Below, piece after piece: positions 38,392-48,748 of a stretch of 64,000 nt of DNA; the stretch's first letter is position 1; the number at the start of each line of letters is the position of its first letter. The notes beneath the pieces were generated by a model. The model was not told the DNA's origin. It searched no databases and saw only the letters and a list, made by a program, of their open reading frames with translations. Source of the stretch: Alphaproteobacteria bacterium (GTDB taxonomy: Bacteria > Pseudomonadota > Alphaproteobacteria > CBDDJK01); contig OZ245892.1 in NCBI GenBank assembly GCA_965229605.1, positions 446 to 64,445 on the forward strand, written 5' to 3'. The position numbers and the translations under genes were made by a program.

Positions 38392-38778
38392 ATGGCACGC
38401 GCCCCGACACGCAAACGCAAGGAACGCAAGAATATTGCCACTGGCATTGCGCATGTTAATGCCAGTTTTAACAATACGATGATCACGATCACGGATGTGC
38501 AGGGCAATGCTGTTGCCTGGTCTTCTGCCGGGGCTCAGGGCTTTAAGGGCAGCCGCAAGTCGACGCCTTTTGCGGCGCAGGTTGCGGCAGAGGACGTGGC
38601 GCGCAAAGCCATGGAGCATGGGCTTAAAAGTCTTGATGTCAATGTCAGCGGGCCTGGATCGGGGCGCGAATCGGCTTTGCGGACTTTTCAGACGGCGGGT
38701 CTGGTTGTGACCTCTATCCGGGATGTGACACCGGTGCCGCATAATGGCTGCCGCCCGCGCAAGCGTCGCCGCGTTTAG
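38392..38778 (+). CDS. rpsK: 30S ribosomal protein S11
   Basis: [35 protein letters not shown] from the ATG at 38392. The longer ORF start at 38359 is unlikely. Confidence 0.93.
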   Translation: MARAPTRKRKERKNIATGIAHVNASFNNTMITITDVQGNAVAWSSAGAQGFKGSRKSTPFAAQVAAEDVARKAMEHGLKSLDVNVSGPGSGRESALRTFQTAGLVVTSIRDVTPVPHNGCRPRKRRRV

Positions 38779-38850
38779 GTGGTCGCCGCGTTTAGCTGGA
38801 CGAATTGATTTTATACTGACCGTGGGTATCAAATACCCGTTTGAAACGAA

Positions 38851-39903
38851 ATGGATGTGACTATGACGGCTCAACAGCTTCCGAATCTTGAACAAAATTG
38901 GCATAATCTGATCAAACCGCGCAAGCCAGCCGTTGCGCTGGGATTGGACCCGGCCCGTCAGGCGCAGATTTCCGTTGAACCGCTGGAGCGTGGTTTTGGC
39001 GTCACCCTTGGCAACAGTCTGCGGCGGATTCTGATGGGATCGCTGCACGGCGCGGCTGTCACGGCCATTCAGATTGATGGTGTCCTGCATGAATTTTCAT
39101 CGGTGCCGGGTGTGCGTGAAGATGTGACAGAAATTGTTATGAATATCAAATCCATGGCTTTGCGGATGCACAGCCAGGGACAGAAAAGAATTCGTCTATC
39201 AGCGCAAGGCCCGTGCGAAGTCACTGCCGGGATGATTGAAACCGGTCATGATATCGAAGTCATGAATCCTGATCTGGCCCTTTGCACCCTGGACAAGGGG
39301 GCCTCCATCAAGATTGAATTTACCGTTTCCAGCGGCAAGGGCTATGTCTCGGCTGCTGACAATCGCCCGGAAGAAGCCCCGATTGGCCTGATTCCGATTG
39401 ATGCGATTTTCACCCCGGTGCGCAAGGTTGCCTATCATGTTGATAATACCCGGGTTGGGCAAAATACCGATTATGACAAGCTGACCATGGAAATTGTCAC
39501 CAATGGCGCGATTGGGCCTGAAGATGCGCTGGCTTTGGCAGCACGGATTCTTCAGGATCAGGCACAGGTCTTTGTCAATTTTGAAGAGCCTGAAATTCGC
39601 CCGGCGCAGGAAGAAACCGATGTTGATCTGCCGTTCAACAAGAATCTGCTGCGCAAAGTTGATGAGCTGGAGCTTTCAGTCCGTTCAGCGAATTGCCTGA
39701 AAAATGACAGTATTGTCTATATCGGTGATCTTGTGCAGCGCAGTGAGTCCGATATGCTGCGCACCCCGAATTTTGGCCGCAAGTCCTTGAATGAAATCAA
39801 GGAAGTGCTGGCAACCATGGGGCTGTCGCTGGGGATGGATATTCCCGAATGGCCGCCCGAAAATATTGAAGAACTGGCCCGCAAACTTGACGAGCCCTAT
39901 TGA
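38851..39903 (+). CDS. rpoA: DNA-directed RNA polymerase subunit alpha
   Basis: [10 protein letters not shown]..., [19 protein letters not shown], and the C-terminal domain [14 protein letters not shown]. The start is 38851 or 38863. Confidence 0.93.
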   Translation: MDVTMTAQQLPNLEQNWHNLIKPRKPAVALGLDPARQAQISVEPLERGFGVTLGNSLRRILMGSLHGAAVTAIQIDGVLHEFSSVPGVREDVTEIVMNIKSMALRMHSQGQKRIRLSAQGPCEVTAGMIETGHDIEVMNPDLALCTLDKGASIKIEFTVSSGKGYVSAADNRPEEAPIGLIPIDAIFTPVRKVAYHVDNTRVGQNTDYDKLTMEIVTNGAIGPEDALALAARILQDQAQVFVNFEEPEIRPAQEETDVDLPFNKNLLRKVDELELSVRSANCLKNDSIVYIGDLVQRSESDMLRTPNFGRKSLNEIKEVLATMGLSLGMDIPEWPPENIEELARKLDEPY

Positions 39904-39929
39904 ACCCGGATTTGATGTGAGGAAATCTT

Positions 39930-40361
39930 ATGCGTCACCGTAATACTGGACGTCGCTTTAACCGGACGGCATCGCACCGCCGGGCCATGTTTGCCAATAT
40001 GGCGGCGGCCCTGATCAAGCACGAGCAAATTCAAACCACCCTGCCGAAAGCCAAGGACCTGCGGCGCGTTATTGATCGGCTGATCACGCTTGGCAAGAAA
40101 GGCGGTTTGCATCGCCGCCGCATGGCGATTGGCTATTTGCGTGATCCGGTGATGGCGGCGAAATTGTTTGATGTTTTGGCAGAACGTTATCAGACCCGTC
40201 AGGGCGGTTATTGCCGGGTTGTCCGCTCAGGCTTTCGCTATGGCGACAATGCCCCGCTTGCGGTGATCGAGCTGGTTGACCGCGATGTGACAGCCAAGGG
40301 CAAGGATTCCGGCCCGCGCTATGATGCCGATGACGAGGGTGAAGCAGCCGAAGCGGCCTGA
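39930..40361 (+). CDS. rplQ: 50S ribosomal protein L17
   Basis: [45 protein letters not shown]. Confidence 0.95.
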   Translation: MRHRNTGRRFNRTASHRRAMFANMAAALIKHEQIQTTLPKAKDLRRVIDRLITLGKKGGLHRRRMAIGYLRDPVMAAKLFDVLAERYQTRQGGYCRVVRSGFRYGDNAPLAVIELVDRDVTAKGKDSGPRYDADDEGEAAEAA

Positions 40362-40376
40362 TCCCGCTTATTTTAC

Positions 40377-41162
40377 ATGAGTTTACCGGCAACCCCCCGC
40401 CTGCTGGTTGAACAGGATCTGGCGGCGGGCCAGACCATCCCTTTTTCTTGCACCCAGGCCCATTATCTCCAGCGTGTTCTGCGCCGCCGTCATGGCGATT
40501 CAGTCCGGCTTTTTAACGGGCGGGACGGCGAGTGGCTGGCCCATATAGACACGAAAGCCAGCGAGGTGGCGGGTCATCTTCAAAGCCAGTTGCGCGAACA
40601 GCCCCCGCCTCCGGCTCCCCTGACCCTGTTCTTTGCGCCAATCAAACGCACCCGCCAGGAAATTCTGATAGAAAAAGCGGTCGAGATGGGGGCAACTATC
40701 CTGCAACCGGTGAAAACCCGCTATACAGACGGGCGGTTGATCAAGCCAGACCGGGCCAGAGCAATTATCCGGGAAGCCGTTGAACAATCCGAAGGGCTGC
40801 ATCTGCCAGAATTGTTGCCTGAAATCCCTTTGCAAAAGGCGGTTTCTGCCCTGCCAGACGACTTACCGCTTTATTTTTGTGCTGAAAGCGGCGCCGCCAT
40901 TCCGCTTGCTTCTGCGCTTAATGGGCGGACTCCTCTTGCGGGCGCAGCCTTTCTGGTCGGGCCAGAAGGCGGCTTTAGCGAGGCTGAAATTGAAGGCTTG
41001 AAAACCCGCCCTGAAACGCTGGTGGTTGGTCTGGGTCCGCGCATCTTGCGTGCCGAAACCGCCGTCACTGCCGCCCTTGCCCTTTGGCAAGCCCTCTGCG
41101 GAGATGGAGAAAACCGCCCGGACTTGCGGCTATCAAAGAAGGAAGCTGGCCCTGCCAGTTAG
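40377..41162 (+). CDS. rsmE: 16S rRNA (uracil1498-N3)-methyltransferase RsmE
   Basis: 261 aa. RVLRRRHGDSVRLFNGRDGEW, IEKAVEMGA and LVGPEGGFSEAE. Confidence 0.8.
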   Translation: MSLPATPRLLVEQDLAAGQTIPFSCTQAHYLQRVLRRRHGDSVRLFNGRDGEWLAHIDTKASEVAGHLQSQLREQPPPPAPLTLFFAPIKRTRQEILIEKAVEMGATILQPVKTRYTDGRLIKPDRARAIIREAVEQSEGLHLPELLPEIPLQKAVSALPDDLPLYFCAESGAAIPLASALNGRTPLAGAAFLVGPEGGFSEAEIEGLKTRPETLVVGLGPRILRAETAVTAALALWQALCGDGENRPDLRLSKKEAGPAS

Positions 41163-41175
41163 CTTTTCTTTGTCG

Positions 41176-41460
41176 TTAGGTTTTTGGAGGGGGCGGCGGC
41201 GATTCGCCAACCTTGTAGCTGGTTTCAAACTGATCGCTGACCGTATCGCGCACCGCATTAAACCAGCGTCGGCAGCCAAGCGCATGCATCCAGCGTTCAT
41301 GGTGCCGCCCTTTGGTATTGCTGCGGAAAAAGATATAATTGCCCCATTCTTCATCACTGAGGTCGGCGGGTTTTTCCGGGCGCGTGATATGAGCTTCGCC
41401 GCCATAATGAAATTCAGTCAAATCGCGCTTTCCGCACCATGGGCAAGGAATCTGGATCAT
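41176..41460 (-). CDS. soxD: Sarcosine oxidase subunit delta
   Basis: 94 aa. MIQIPCPWCGKRDLTEFHYGGEAH...ERWMHALGCRRWFN. Confidence 0.85.
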   Translation of the reverse strand: MIQIPCPWCGKRDLTEFHYGGEAHITRPEKPADLSDEEWGNYIFFRSNTKGRHHERWMHALGCRRWFNAVRDTVSDQFETSYKVGESPPPPPKT

Positions 41461-41478
41461 TAAGGCCTCTTTTCTTTC

Positions 41479-42723
41479 CTAATGGGCGACCGCTGCAGCC
41501 GCCCCTTCGTCAACCAGTGCGCCGGAATGGAAACGGTCAATGGAAAAAGGGGCCGCATAAGGATGCATTTCGCCTTTGGCAAGCGACCAGGCAAAGGCAT
41601 GGCCCGACCCCGGTGTGGCCTTGAAGCCGCCGGTCCCCCAGCCACAATTAAAGTAAAGCCCTTCAACATCTGTTTTTGACAGGATGGGGGAGCGATCAAC
41701 GGTTACATCGGTAATCCCGCCCCATTGGCGCAGCATACGCAAGCGCGAGACAATCGGATAGAGTTCAATGATCGGGGCGACAACATGTTCGATCTGGTCA
41801 AAGCCGCCACGTTGAGAATAGGACACGTAAGGATCACCTGACCCGCCGATGACCAGTTCCCCTTTATCGGACTGGCTGATATAGGCATGGATGGTATTTG
41901 ACATGACAACGCAGTCAATCAGCGGTTTAACCGGTTCCGACACAAAAGCCTGAAGCGGAAAACTTTCCAGCGGCAAGCGCAGCCCGGCCATATTGGCCAG
42001 CACTGACGAATGACCCGCCGCCACCACCCCGGCGCGGGATGTGGCAATCGACCCGCGATTGGTCTCGACTCCGGCAAGTTTGCCATTGACAATCTTGAAA
42101 CCGGTGACTTCGGTTTTTTGAAGAATATCAACGCCCAGCGCATCGGCTGCCCGGGCATAGCCCCAGGCGACGGCATCATGGCGGGCGGTGCCGCCGCGTT
42201 CTTGAATCATCGCGCCAAGCACCGGATAGCGGCAGTTTAAATTGATAATCGGGACTCGCTGTTTGACTTCTTGCGGAGTCATAAAACGGTTATCAATGTT
42301 ATTTAGATGGATGGCGCGACCCCGGCGAGCAATTTCCTGTTCGTCATGGACGGTATGGGCCAGATGAATCAAACCGCGCTGCGAAAACATGATGTTATAA
42401 TTTAATTCTTGCGACAGCCCTTCCCAGAGTTTCATCGCATGATCGTATAAAGCTGCCGATTGGTCCCACAGATAGTTTGAGCGGATGATGGTGGTATTGC
42501 GCCCGGTATTGCCGCCGCCAATCCAGCCTTTTTCAATGACCGCAATATTGCGCATCCCGTGTTCTTTGGCCAGATAATAGGCCGTGGCCAGCCCATGCCC
42601 GCCGCCTCCAATAATAACGCAGTCATAAGAAGATTTGGGGGTTGGCTCTCGCCAGGCCGGTTTCCAGCCTTCGTGGTTATTTAAAGCCTGACGCAGCAGG
42701 GAAAAGATTGAATAGCGTTGCAC
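41479..42723 (-). CDS. soxB: Sarcosine oxidase subunit beta
   Basis: 414 aa. YDCVIIGGGGHGLATAYYLAKEHG...GGGNTGRNTTIIRSNY. Confidence 0.85.
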   Translation of the reverse strand: MQRYSIFSLLRQALNNHEGWKPAWREPTPKSSYDCVIIGGGGHGLATAYYLAKEHGMRNIAVIEKGWIGGGNTGRNTTIIRSNYLWDQSAALYDHAMKLWEGLSQELNYNIMFSQRGLIHLAHTVHDEQEIARRGRAIHLNNIDNRFMTPQEVKQRVPIINLNCRYPVLGAMIQERGGTARHDAVAWGYARAADALGVDILQKTEVTGFKIVNGKLAGVETNRGSIATSRAGVVAAGHSSVLANMAGLRLPLESFPLQAFVSEPVKPLIDCVVMSNTIHAYISQSDKGELVIGGSGDPYVSYSQRGGFDQIEHVVAPIIELYPIVSRLRMLRQWGGITDVTVDRSPILSKTDVEGLYFNCGWGTGGFKATPGSGHAFAWSLAKGEMHPYAAPFSIDRFHSGALVDEGAAAAVAH

Positions 42724-42760
42724 TCTCTTTTTCCTGTGTCTTTACATTAACGCGCCCTAT

Positions 42761-43162
42761 TTAACGCGTTCTGCGAGAACCCTTCATGCCGCGCCCGGTT
42801 GTGCGTTCCGGAATACGCGCCGACTTACCCGACAGATTGCGCAAATAGTAAAGCTTGGCCCGGCGCACTTTCCCGTGACGAACCAGATCAATGCCTTCAA
42901 TGCGCGGGGAATACAAAGGGAAAACCCGCTCTACCCCCTCCCCATACGAAATCTTGCGCACCGTAAAAGAAGAATTGATCCCCGCGTTCTTGCGCCCGAT
43001 GCAAACCCCTTCATAGGCCTGTATCCGCTCAGTCGTGCCTTCAACCACACGCACCCGAACCCGAACCGTGTCTCCGGGAGAAAAATCAGGAATCCCGCCT
43101 TCAGGCATCCGGGCAGCTATTTCTTTCTCTTCACGGGCTTTTAACAAAATGCTCATCACCAA
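42761..43162 (-). CDS. rplS: 50S ribosomal protein L19
   Basis: [32 protein letters not shown]...RRAKLYYLR. Confidence 0.93.
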   Translation of the reverse strand: MVMSILLKAREEKEIAARMPEGGIPDFSPGDTVRVRVRVVEGTTERIQAYEGVCIGRKNAGINSSFTVRKISYGEGVERVFPLYSPRIEGIDLVRHGKVRRAKLYYLRNLSGKSARIPERTTGRGMKGSRRTR

Positions 43163-43213
43163 ACTCCATTGATCAGTTGATTATGTTCTTTAAACAAACA
43201 TCAATTTATCTTC

Positions 43214-43912
43214 TTAATCCCTCTTATAGTCCTGCCAGAGATCAGGGCGGCGGTCCTTGGTCAGCTTTTCAGCCTGCTCAAGCCTCCACCTTGCAATATC
43301 GGCATGATGACCACTTTGCAAGACCGCAGGAACAGCACGGCCTTCCCACAAAGCCGGGCGGGTATAATGAGGATACTCTAACAAACCATTGGCAAAGCTC
43401 TCATCCAGCAGCGAGTGATGATCACCAATAATCCCTGGCAGCAAGCGCACAATCGAATCGAGTATGGTCATCGCTGCCAGTTCTCCGCCTGTAAGGACGA
43501 AGTCGCCGAGGCTTAATTCTTTTACCTGCCACTTGTCAAGGACGCGTTGATCGATTCCTTCGAATCGTCCACAAATTAAGCGGATTCCGGGTCCGCTGGC
43601 GAGTTTTGTGGCAAGGGAGTGGGTAAAAGCCTCTCCACGCGGGCTGAGCACATAGAGCGGACAGGCAGAAGCGGGCGATTGCTCAGAGGCTTGCAGGGCT
43701 GCATCGAGGATATCCGGGCGCATGACCATGCCGGGTCCGCCGCCAAAGGGGGTATCATCGACGGTGCGATGTTTGTCGGTGGCATAGGCGCGGATATTGA
43801 TGGTATCGAGCTGCCACAGGCCTTTTTCAAGCCCGCGCCCGATCAGAGAGGCCGCAAGTGGGCCGGGGAAGAGATCGGGGAAAAGGGTGAGAACGGTGGC
43901 CTGAAAGGTCAT
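43214..43912 (-). CDS. trmD: tRNA (guanine37-N1)-methyltransferase
   Basis: FQATVLTLFPDLFPG..., DDTPFGGGPGMVMRPD and LICGRFEGIDQRV. Confidence 0.93.
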   Translation of the reverse strand: MTFQATVLTLFPDLFPGPLAASLIGRGLEKGLWQLDTINIRAYATDKHRTVDDTPFGGGPGMVMRPDILDAALQASEQSPASACPLYVLSPRGEAFTHSLATKLASGPGIRLICGRFEGIDQRVLDKWQVKELSLGDFVLTGGELAAMTILDSIVRLLPGIIGDHHSLLDESFANGLLEYPHYTRPALWEGRAVPAVLQSGHHADIARWRLEQAEKLTKDRRPDLWQDYKRD

Positions 43913-43946
43913 ATCTGCGCTTTTGGTATTATAAAAGTTCTAATCT

Positions 43947-44447
43947 CTATGAAATTTCTAATCCGGCAGCTTGGGGATCGATGCGGATTTTCTGTTCTGC
44001 ATGTTCAATCTCTGGCACGGCAGCGCGGGTAAACGGGCAATAGGTTTTTTGCCCGGAAAGAAGTTTGATCTCCAGCAGGGAGCCTGCTCCAAAATCAGCA
44101 ATCGAGACCAGGGTTCCCAGCGGCTGCCCGTCCAGGGTCTCAACCGAAAGCCCGACAAGATCGGTGTGATAGAAGGTATCCTCATCTTCTGGCGGCGGCA
44201 GTTGATCGCGGGCAATGAAAAGCATAAGGCCGCACAGTTTTTCAGCATCGTTGCGCCGGGTGATGCCATCTATCCGGCAGACGAACTGGCCTTTATGAAA
44301 ACGGATGGCTTCAAGCTGGTGCGGGTCGCCATTTTGGTCATAAAGCGGCTGATAGTTGAAAAGATTATCCATCGGATCGGCGAAGCTGGCGACCTTGACC
44401 AGCCCTTTGATGCCATAGGCTCTTTTGATCTGACCAATCTTTATCAT
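43947..44447 (-). CDS. rimM: 16S rRNA processing protein RimM
   Basis: 166 aa. IKIGQIKRAYGIKGLVKV..., a PRC-barrel C-terminus, and its position upstream of trmD. Confidence 0.85.
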   Translation of the reverse strand: MIKIGQIKRAYGIKGLVKVASFADPMDNLFNYQPLYDQNGDPHQLEAIRFHKGQFVCRIDGITRRNDAEKLCGLMLFIARDQLPPPEDEDTFYHTDLVGLSVETLDGQPLGTLVSIADFGAGSLLEIKLLSGQKTYCPFTRAAVPEIEHAEQKIRIDPQAAGLEIS

Positions 44448-44476
44448 TTGCCAGCAAACGGCGCGATCTGGCCGGT

Positions 44477-46474
44477 TCAGGAGGCCACAAAAGTCAAAAT
44501 AGGCTGGTCGGCTGCCAAGGTATCGCCGGGGCTGGCGTTGAGGCTTTCAATCTGTCCGGCCTGGGTTGCCCGCAGGGTATTTTCCATCTTCATGGCCTCA
44601 ATCACGGCAAGCGGCTGATCGGGGCTGACGCTATCGCCTTCGCTGACCAGCAGGGTGCGCAAAAGCCCGGGCATGGGGGAAAGAAGATAGCGCGACAGGT
44701 CCGGCACCGCTTTTTCCGGCATTTTATCATAATAGGAGGCCAGGCGATTGGCCATGACCTTGATAGAGGCCTGGGCACCGTGATGAGACAGGCAGAAGCA
44801 CCCTTCGCGCAAGGTCACCTGAAAAACATAAAGAGTCTTTTCGGCCCCGACCGTCAAGCGGCAAAGCGGATCGCCGGGCTGCCAGTGCAAGGAGAGATGA
44901 TCATAGTCTTTCACTTCTCCTTCAAGTGTGACATGGGCAATGACCCCGTCACAGGATACGGTGGCTTGCAGGTTTTCTTCAAAAAAAGCACAAAATTCCT
45001 GATCGGGCAGAGTTCCGCCGCCATAAGCCCGGGTCTCCACCTGATGATGACACAGCACCGCCACCAGCGCGAAAAGGGCCGGGTCTTCCGGCTTCAAATG
45101 CGCAGGAGTCAATCCATCGGGATAAATATCGCCAATCGTCGCGGTGGACATATCGCCCGTGCGAAAAGCCGGCTGATTGATAAGATGCGACAGGAACAAC
45201 CGGTTATGCGCCGGGCCTTCCAGACAATATTCATCCAGCGCATGAGCCAGCCGCTCAATCGCTTGCGCCCGGGTATCGCCACAGGCAATCAGCTTGGCAA
45301 CCATCGGATCATAATACATGCTGATCTCGCCGCCTTCCAGACAGCCCGAATCAACCCGAATGCCTTCGCCTTCTGGCTCCTGATAGCGGGTAATCCGGCC
45401 TATTGCGGGCAAAAAACCACGCGTCGGGTCCTCGGCATAAAAACGGGCCTCAACCGCCCATCCTTTACTATTCGCTTGAATATCAGCTTCCGTGAACGAC
45501 ATGGCCTCGCCAGCCCCGATGCGAATCATCCACTCAACCAAATCCAGCCCCGTCACATACTCCGTCACCGGATGCTCAACCTGCAAGCGCGTGTTCATCT
45601 CCAGAAAATAAAAATTTTGCCCAGAATCAACAATAAACTCAACCGTGCCAGCCGATTGATAATTAACACGCCTCGCCAACTCCACCGCTTGGTACCCCAT
45701 CGCTTTACGGGTCTCCGCGCTGATAAAAGGAGACGGGGCCTCCTCTATCACTTTTTGATGACGACGCTGCAGCGAACACTCCCGCTCCCCCAAAGAAACA
45801 ACATTGCCATGACTATCCGCCAAAATTTGAATTTCAATATGGCGCGGCTGCTCAATAAATTTCTCAATAAAAACCCGCTCATCGCCAAAACTGGCCTTGC
45901 CCTCGTTCATCGCCGCAACAAGACCCTCGCGGCATTCCTCGTCACTATAGGCCAGCCGCATCCCCTTGCCTCCACCCCCGGCCGAGGCCTTGAGCATCAC
46001 CGGATAGCCAATCTCCCGCGCTATCTTCACCGCCTCCGCCGGGTCCGCAACCGCCTGATCATGGCCCGGCACAATGCTCACCCCGGCCTCTGCAGCAAGA
46101 ATCTTGGAGCGAATCTTGTCCCCCATCGCCTCAATCGCGCTTTCAGGCGGGCCAAGAAAGGTGATCTTTTCATCCGCCAAAGCCTTGGCAAAGGCCCGGT
46201 TCTCAGACAAAAATCCATAGCCAGGATGCACGGCCTCGGCCCCGGTTTGACGACAAGCCGCAAGGATCGCATCAATCGACAGATAGCTTTCGGCCGATGG
46301 TGCCGGGCCTATACGGACAGTTTCCCCCCCCGATTCCGCAATAAAACGGACATGTTTGGCTTCCCGGTCAGCATCAGAATAAACGGCGATTGGCCGAATA
46401 CCCATTTTAAGGGCGGTTCTTGCCACCCGGCAGGCAATTTCACCGCGATTGGCAATCAGAAGTGTTTGGAACAT
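44477..46474 (-). CDS. Biotin-dependent acyl-CoA carboxylase alpha subunit (biotin carboxylase plus BCCP; propionyl- or methylcrotonyl-CoA type)
   Basis: 665 aa. LLIANRGEIACRV, the ATP-grasp motif GGGGKGMR, and the C-terminal biotinylation motif EAMKMEN. Substrate specificity cannot be decided by eye. Confidence 0.9.
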   Translation of the reverse strand: MFQTLLIANRGEIACRVARTALKMGIRPIAVYSDADREAKHVRFIAESGGETVRIGPAPSAESYLSIDAILAACRQTGAEAVHPGYGFLSENRAFAKALADEKITFLGPPESAIEAMGDKIRSKILAAEAGVSIVPGHDQAVADPAEAVKIAREIGYPVMLKASAGGGGKGMRLAYSDEECREGLVAAMNEGKASFGDERVFIEKFIEQPRHIEIQILADSHGNVVSLGERECSLQRRHQKVIEEAPSPFISAETRKAMGYQAVELARRVNYQSAGTVEFIVDSGQNFYFLEMNTRLQVEHPVTEYVTGLDLVEWMIRIGAGEAMSFTEADIQANSKGWAVEARFYAEDPTRGFLPAIGRITRYQEPEGEGIRVDSGCLEGGEISMYYDPMVAKLIACGDTRAQAIERLAHALDEYCLEGPAHNRLFLSHLINQPAFRTGDMSTATIGDIYPDGLTPAHLKPEDPALFALVAVLCHHQVETRAYGGGTLPDQEFCAFFEENLQATVSCDGVIAHVTLEGEVKDYDHLSLHWQPGDPLCRLTVGAEKTLYVFQVTLREGCFCLSHHGAQASIKVMANRLASYYDKMPEKAVPDLSRYLLSPMPGLLRTLLVSEGDSVSPDQPLAVIEAMKMENTLRATQAGQIESLNASPGDTLAADQPILTFVAS

Positions 46475-46553
46475 GGCGGTCTGTTTTTCAGTCTATTTGG
46501 TGAACAGACTGATTTCATACTGTTTGCAGACTTAAAAATCAAAAGATATTCAG

Positions 46554-48734
46554 CTATGCCGACATATAGGTTGGAAGCCAGCCTTCAAAGGCCTGACGGA
46601 GCTTATCGAGTGTAATTTTTTCATTGCCAAGCGTGATAGTGCTGCCACCCATGGTGCCAATCGCTTGAACAGGAATTCCCTGTTTGGAGGTCCCGGCCAA
46701 CAGAGCATCATATTGTGTGCTTGTCACCAGATAGCGACTTTGATCTTCGCCAAACCAGAAGGCAATATCGGTGATATTTTCAAGCTGTGCGCCGCAGTTT
46801 CCAGAAAGCACCATTTCCATCACGGCAAGCAGCAACCCGCCATCGCTGATATCCTGACAGGCAGAGAGAAGATTTTCTCTGGCAGCCCAAAGGATAAAAT
46901 CCCCGGTCTTTTTTTCGATCTCAAGATCAACAGGCGGTGGTGGCCCGTCCTTCTGATTTAAAATACGATGCGCATAAAGGCTTTGCGACAGATGCGATCC
47001 CTTTGTCCCGACCAGAATCAGGGTTTGATCCGGCCCCGGATGATCAGGGATTACTTTTGAATCCGGGCCAATCACTCCGACCCCGCCAATCACCGGGGTT
47101 GGCGGGATCGCCTGACCATCGGTTTCGTTGTAAAGCGAGACATTGCCGGAGACGACCGGGAAGGAAAGTTCTGTTGCAGCTTCGCGCATGCCGTTGATGG
47201 CTCCGACCATCTGGCCCATGATCAAGGGGCGTTCCGGGTTGCCAAAATTGAGGTTATTGGTCAGGCCAAGCGGTTTTGCCCCCATGGCAACCAGATTGCG
47301 CCAGCATTCGGCGACCGCCTGTTTGCCGCCGGTTTCCGGGTCAGCCAGGCAATAGCGCGGCGTGCAATCGACCGATAGAGCCAAAGATAGAGGCTGGTCT
47401 GGCACCTGGATCACGGCGGCCCCAAGCCCGGGGCCAACCGTGGTGCCGCCGCCAATGGTGCTGTCATATTGTTCATAAATCCACCGGCGTGAGCCTACAT
47501 CTGGCCCGTCCAGCAAGCTGATCATATCATGAAGTGGCGTAAATTCGGCTTTTAAGGAAATATTGGCCAAGGAGTCGGGAGTGGAAAACTGATAGGGGCG
47601 ATCATATTCCGGGGCTTCATCAACCAGCGCAGAAACTGGCAGATCGGCTATTTTCTCGCCATGCCAATAGCAGGTGATCGAGGCCCCGTTTGCCGGGTCT
47701 TTGGGGCAAAGCACGCCGACTCTGGCAAAAGCCAGGTCCCATTTTTCAAAAATAGCGGCGGCTTCTTCAACCTTGTCCGGGTCAAGCACCATCAACATGC
47801 GTTCCTGACTTTCTGACAGCATCAATTCATAAGGAGTCATGGCGGTTTCACGGGTTGGCACCTGATCAAGGTCGAGCCGGATTCCGACCCCGCCCTTGGA
47901 GGCCATTTCAACCGATGAAGAGGTCAAACCTGCGGCCCCCATATCCTGAATGGCAATGACGGACTCCCCGGCCATCAGTTCCAGACAGGCCTCCATCAAA
48001 AGCTTTTCAGTGAAAGGATCGCCGACTTGCACGGTCGGGCGGCGGGATTCGGCTTCGGCATTAAATTCGTCCGATGCCATGGTTGCGCCGTGAATACCAT
48101 CGCGCCCGGTTCTGGCCCCGACATAAATCACGGGATTGCCGATTCCTTGGGCTTTGGCGGTAAAGAGCCGGTCAGCCGGGGCAATCCCGACCGTCATGGC
48201 ATTGACCAGAATATTGCCGTTATAGCCCGCATCAAAATTGACTTCGCCGCCAACGGTTGGAATACCGATGGAATTGCCATAGCCGCCAATCCCGGCAACA
48301 ACCCCGTCCAGCAAATGGCGGGTGCGTGGATGCTCGGGCGCACCAAAGCGCAGAGCATTGAGGTTAGCAATCGGGCGCGCCCCCATGGTAAAGACATCGC
48401 GCAAAATCCCGCCAACCCCGGTTGCAGCGCCTTGATAGGGTTCAATAAAGCTGGGGTGATTATGGCTTTCAATCTTGAAAACGGCGGCAAGTCCGTTGCC
48501 TATTGCGACGGCTCCGGCGTTTTCGCCGGGCCCCTGGACAACCTGCGGGCCTTCTGTTGGCAGGGTTTTCAGCCAGCGGCGCGAGGATTTATACGAACAA
48601 TGTTCAGACCACATGACCGAGAACAGGCCAAGTTCAAGCAGATTGGGAGAACGTCCGATCAGGGCGCAGATATGTTTATATTCTTCCTCGGACAGGCCAT
48701 GTTCGGCTATAGTTTCTTTGCTGATTGTGTCCAT
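46554..48734 (-). CDS. purL: Phosphoribosylformylglycinamidine synthase subunit PurL
   Basis: 726 aa. [16 protein letters not shown] and GGVGIGLL-type motifs. Follows purQ and purS. Confidence 0.95.
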   Translation of the reverse strand: MDTISKETIAEHGLSEEEYKHICALIGRSPNLLELGLFSVMWSEHCSYKSSRRWLKTLPTEGPQVVQGPGENAGAVAIGNGLAAVFKIESHNHPSFIEPYQGAATGVGGILRDVFTMGARPIANLNALRFGAPEHPRTRHLLDGVVAGIGGYGNSIGIPTVGGEVNFDAGYNGNILVNAMTVGIAPADRLFTAKAQGIGNPVIYVGARTGRDGIHGATMASDEFNAEAESRRPTVQVGDPFTEKLLMEACLELMAGESVIAIQDMGAAGLTSSSVEMASKGGVGIRLDLDQVPTRETAMTPYELMLSESQERMLMVLDPDKVEEAAAIFEKWDLAFARVGVLCPKDPANGASITCYWHGEKIADLPVSALVDEAPEYDRPYQFSTPDSLANISLKAEFTPLHDMISLLDGPDVGSRRWIYEQYDSTIGGGTTVGPGLGAAVIQVPDQPLSLALSVDCTPRYCLADPETGGKQAVAECWRNLVAMGAKPLGLTNNLNFGNPERPLIMGQMVGAINGMREAATELSFPVVSGNVSLYNETDGQAIPPTPVIGGVGVIGPDSKVIPDHPGPDQTLILVGTKGSHLSQSLYAHRILNQKDGPPPPVDLEIEKKTGDFILWAARENLLSACQDISDGGLLLAVMEMVLSGNCGAQLENITDIAFWFGEDQSRYLVTSTQYDALLAGTSKQGIPVQAIGTMGGSTITLGNEKITLDKLRQAFEGWLPTYMSA

Positions 48735-48748
48735 AAAATTGATCTCGC

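Noticed and set aside
38305-39090. A 261-aa minus-strand ORF across rpsK and the start of rpoA.
   Set aside because: It is a codon-aligned antisense shadow of highly conserved ribosomal and RNA polymerase genes, with an arginine-rich nonsense-like composition.
44780-46615. A 611-aa ORF on the plus strand, the longest unexplained ORF in the track.
   Set aside because: It is exactly codon-aligned antisense to the biotin carboxylase gene (44477-46474), whose translation has unmistakable ATP-grasp and biotinylation motifs. In this register antisense stops arise only from sense TTA, CTA or TCA codons, which are rare here. The product is R/L/N/H-rich and not protein-like. I treat it as a shadow ORF.
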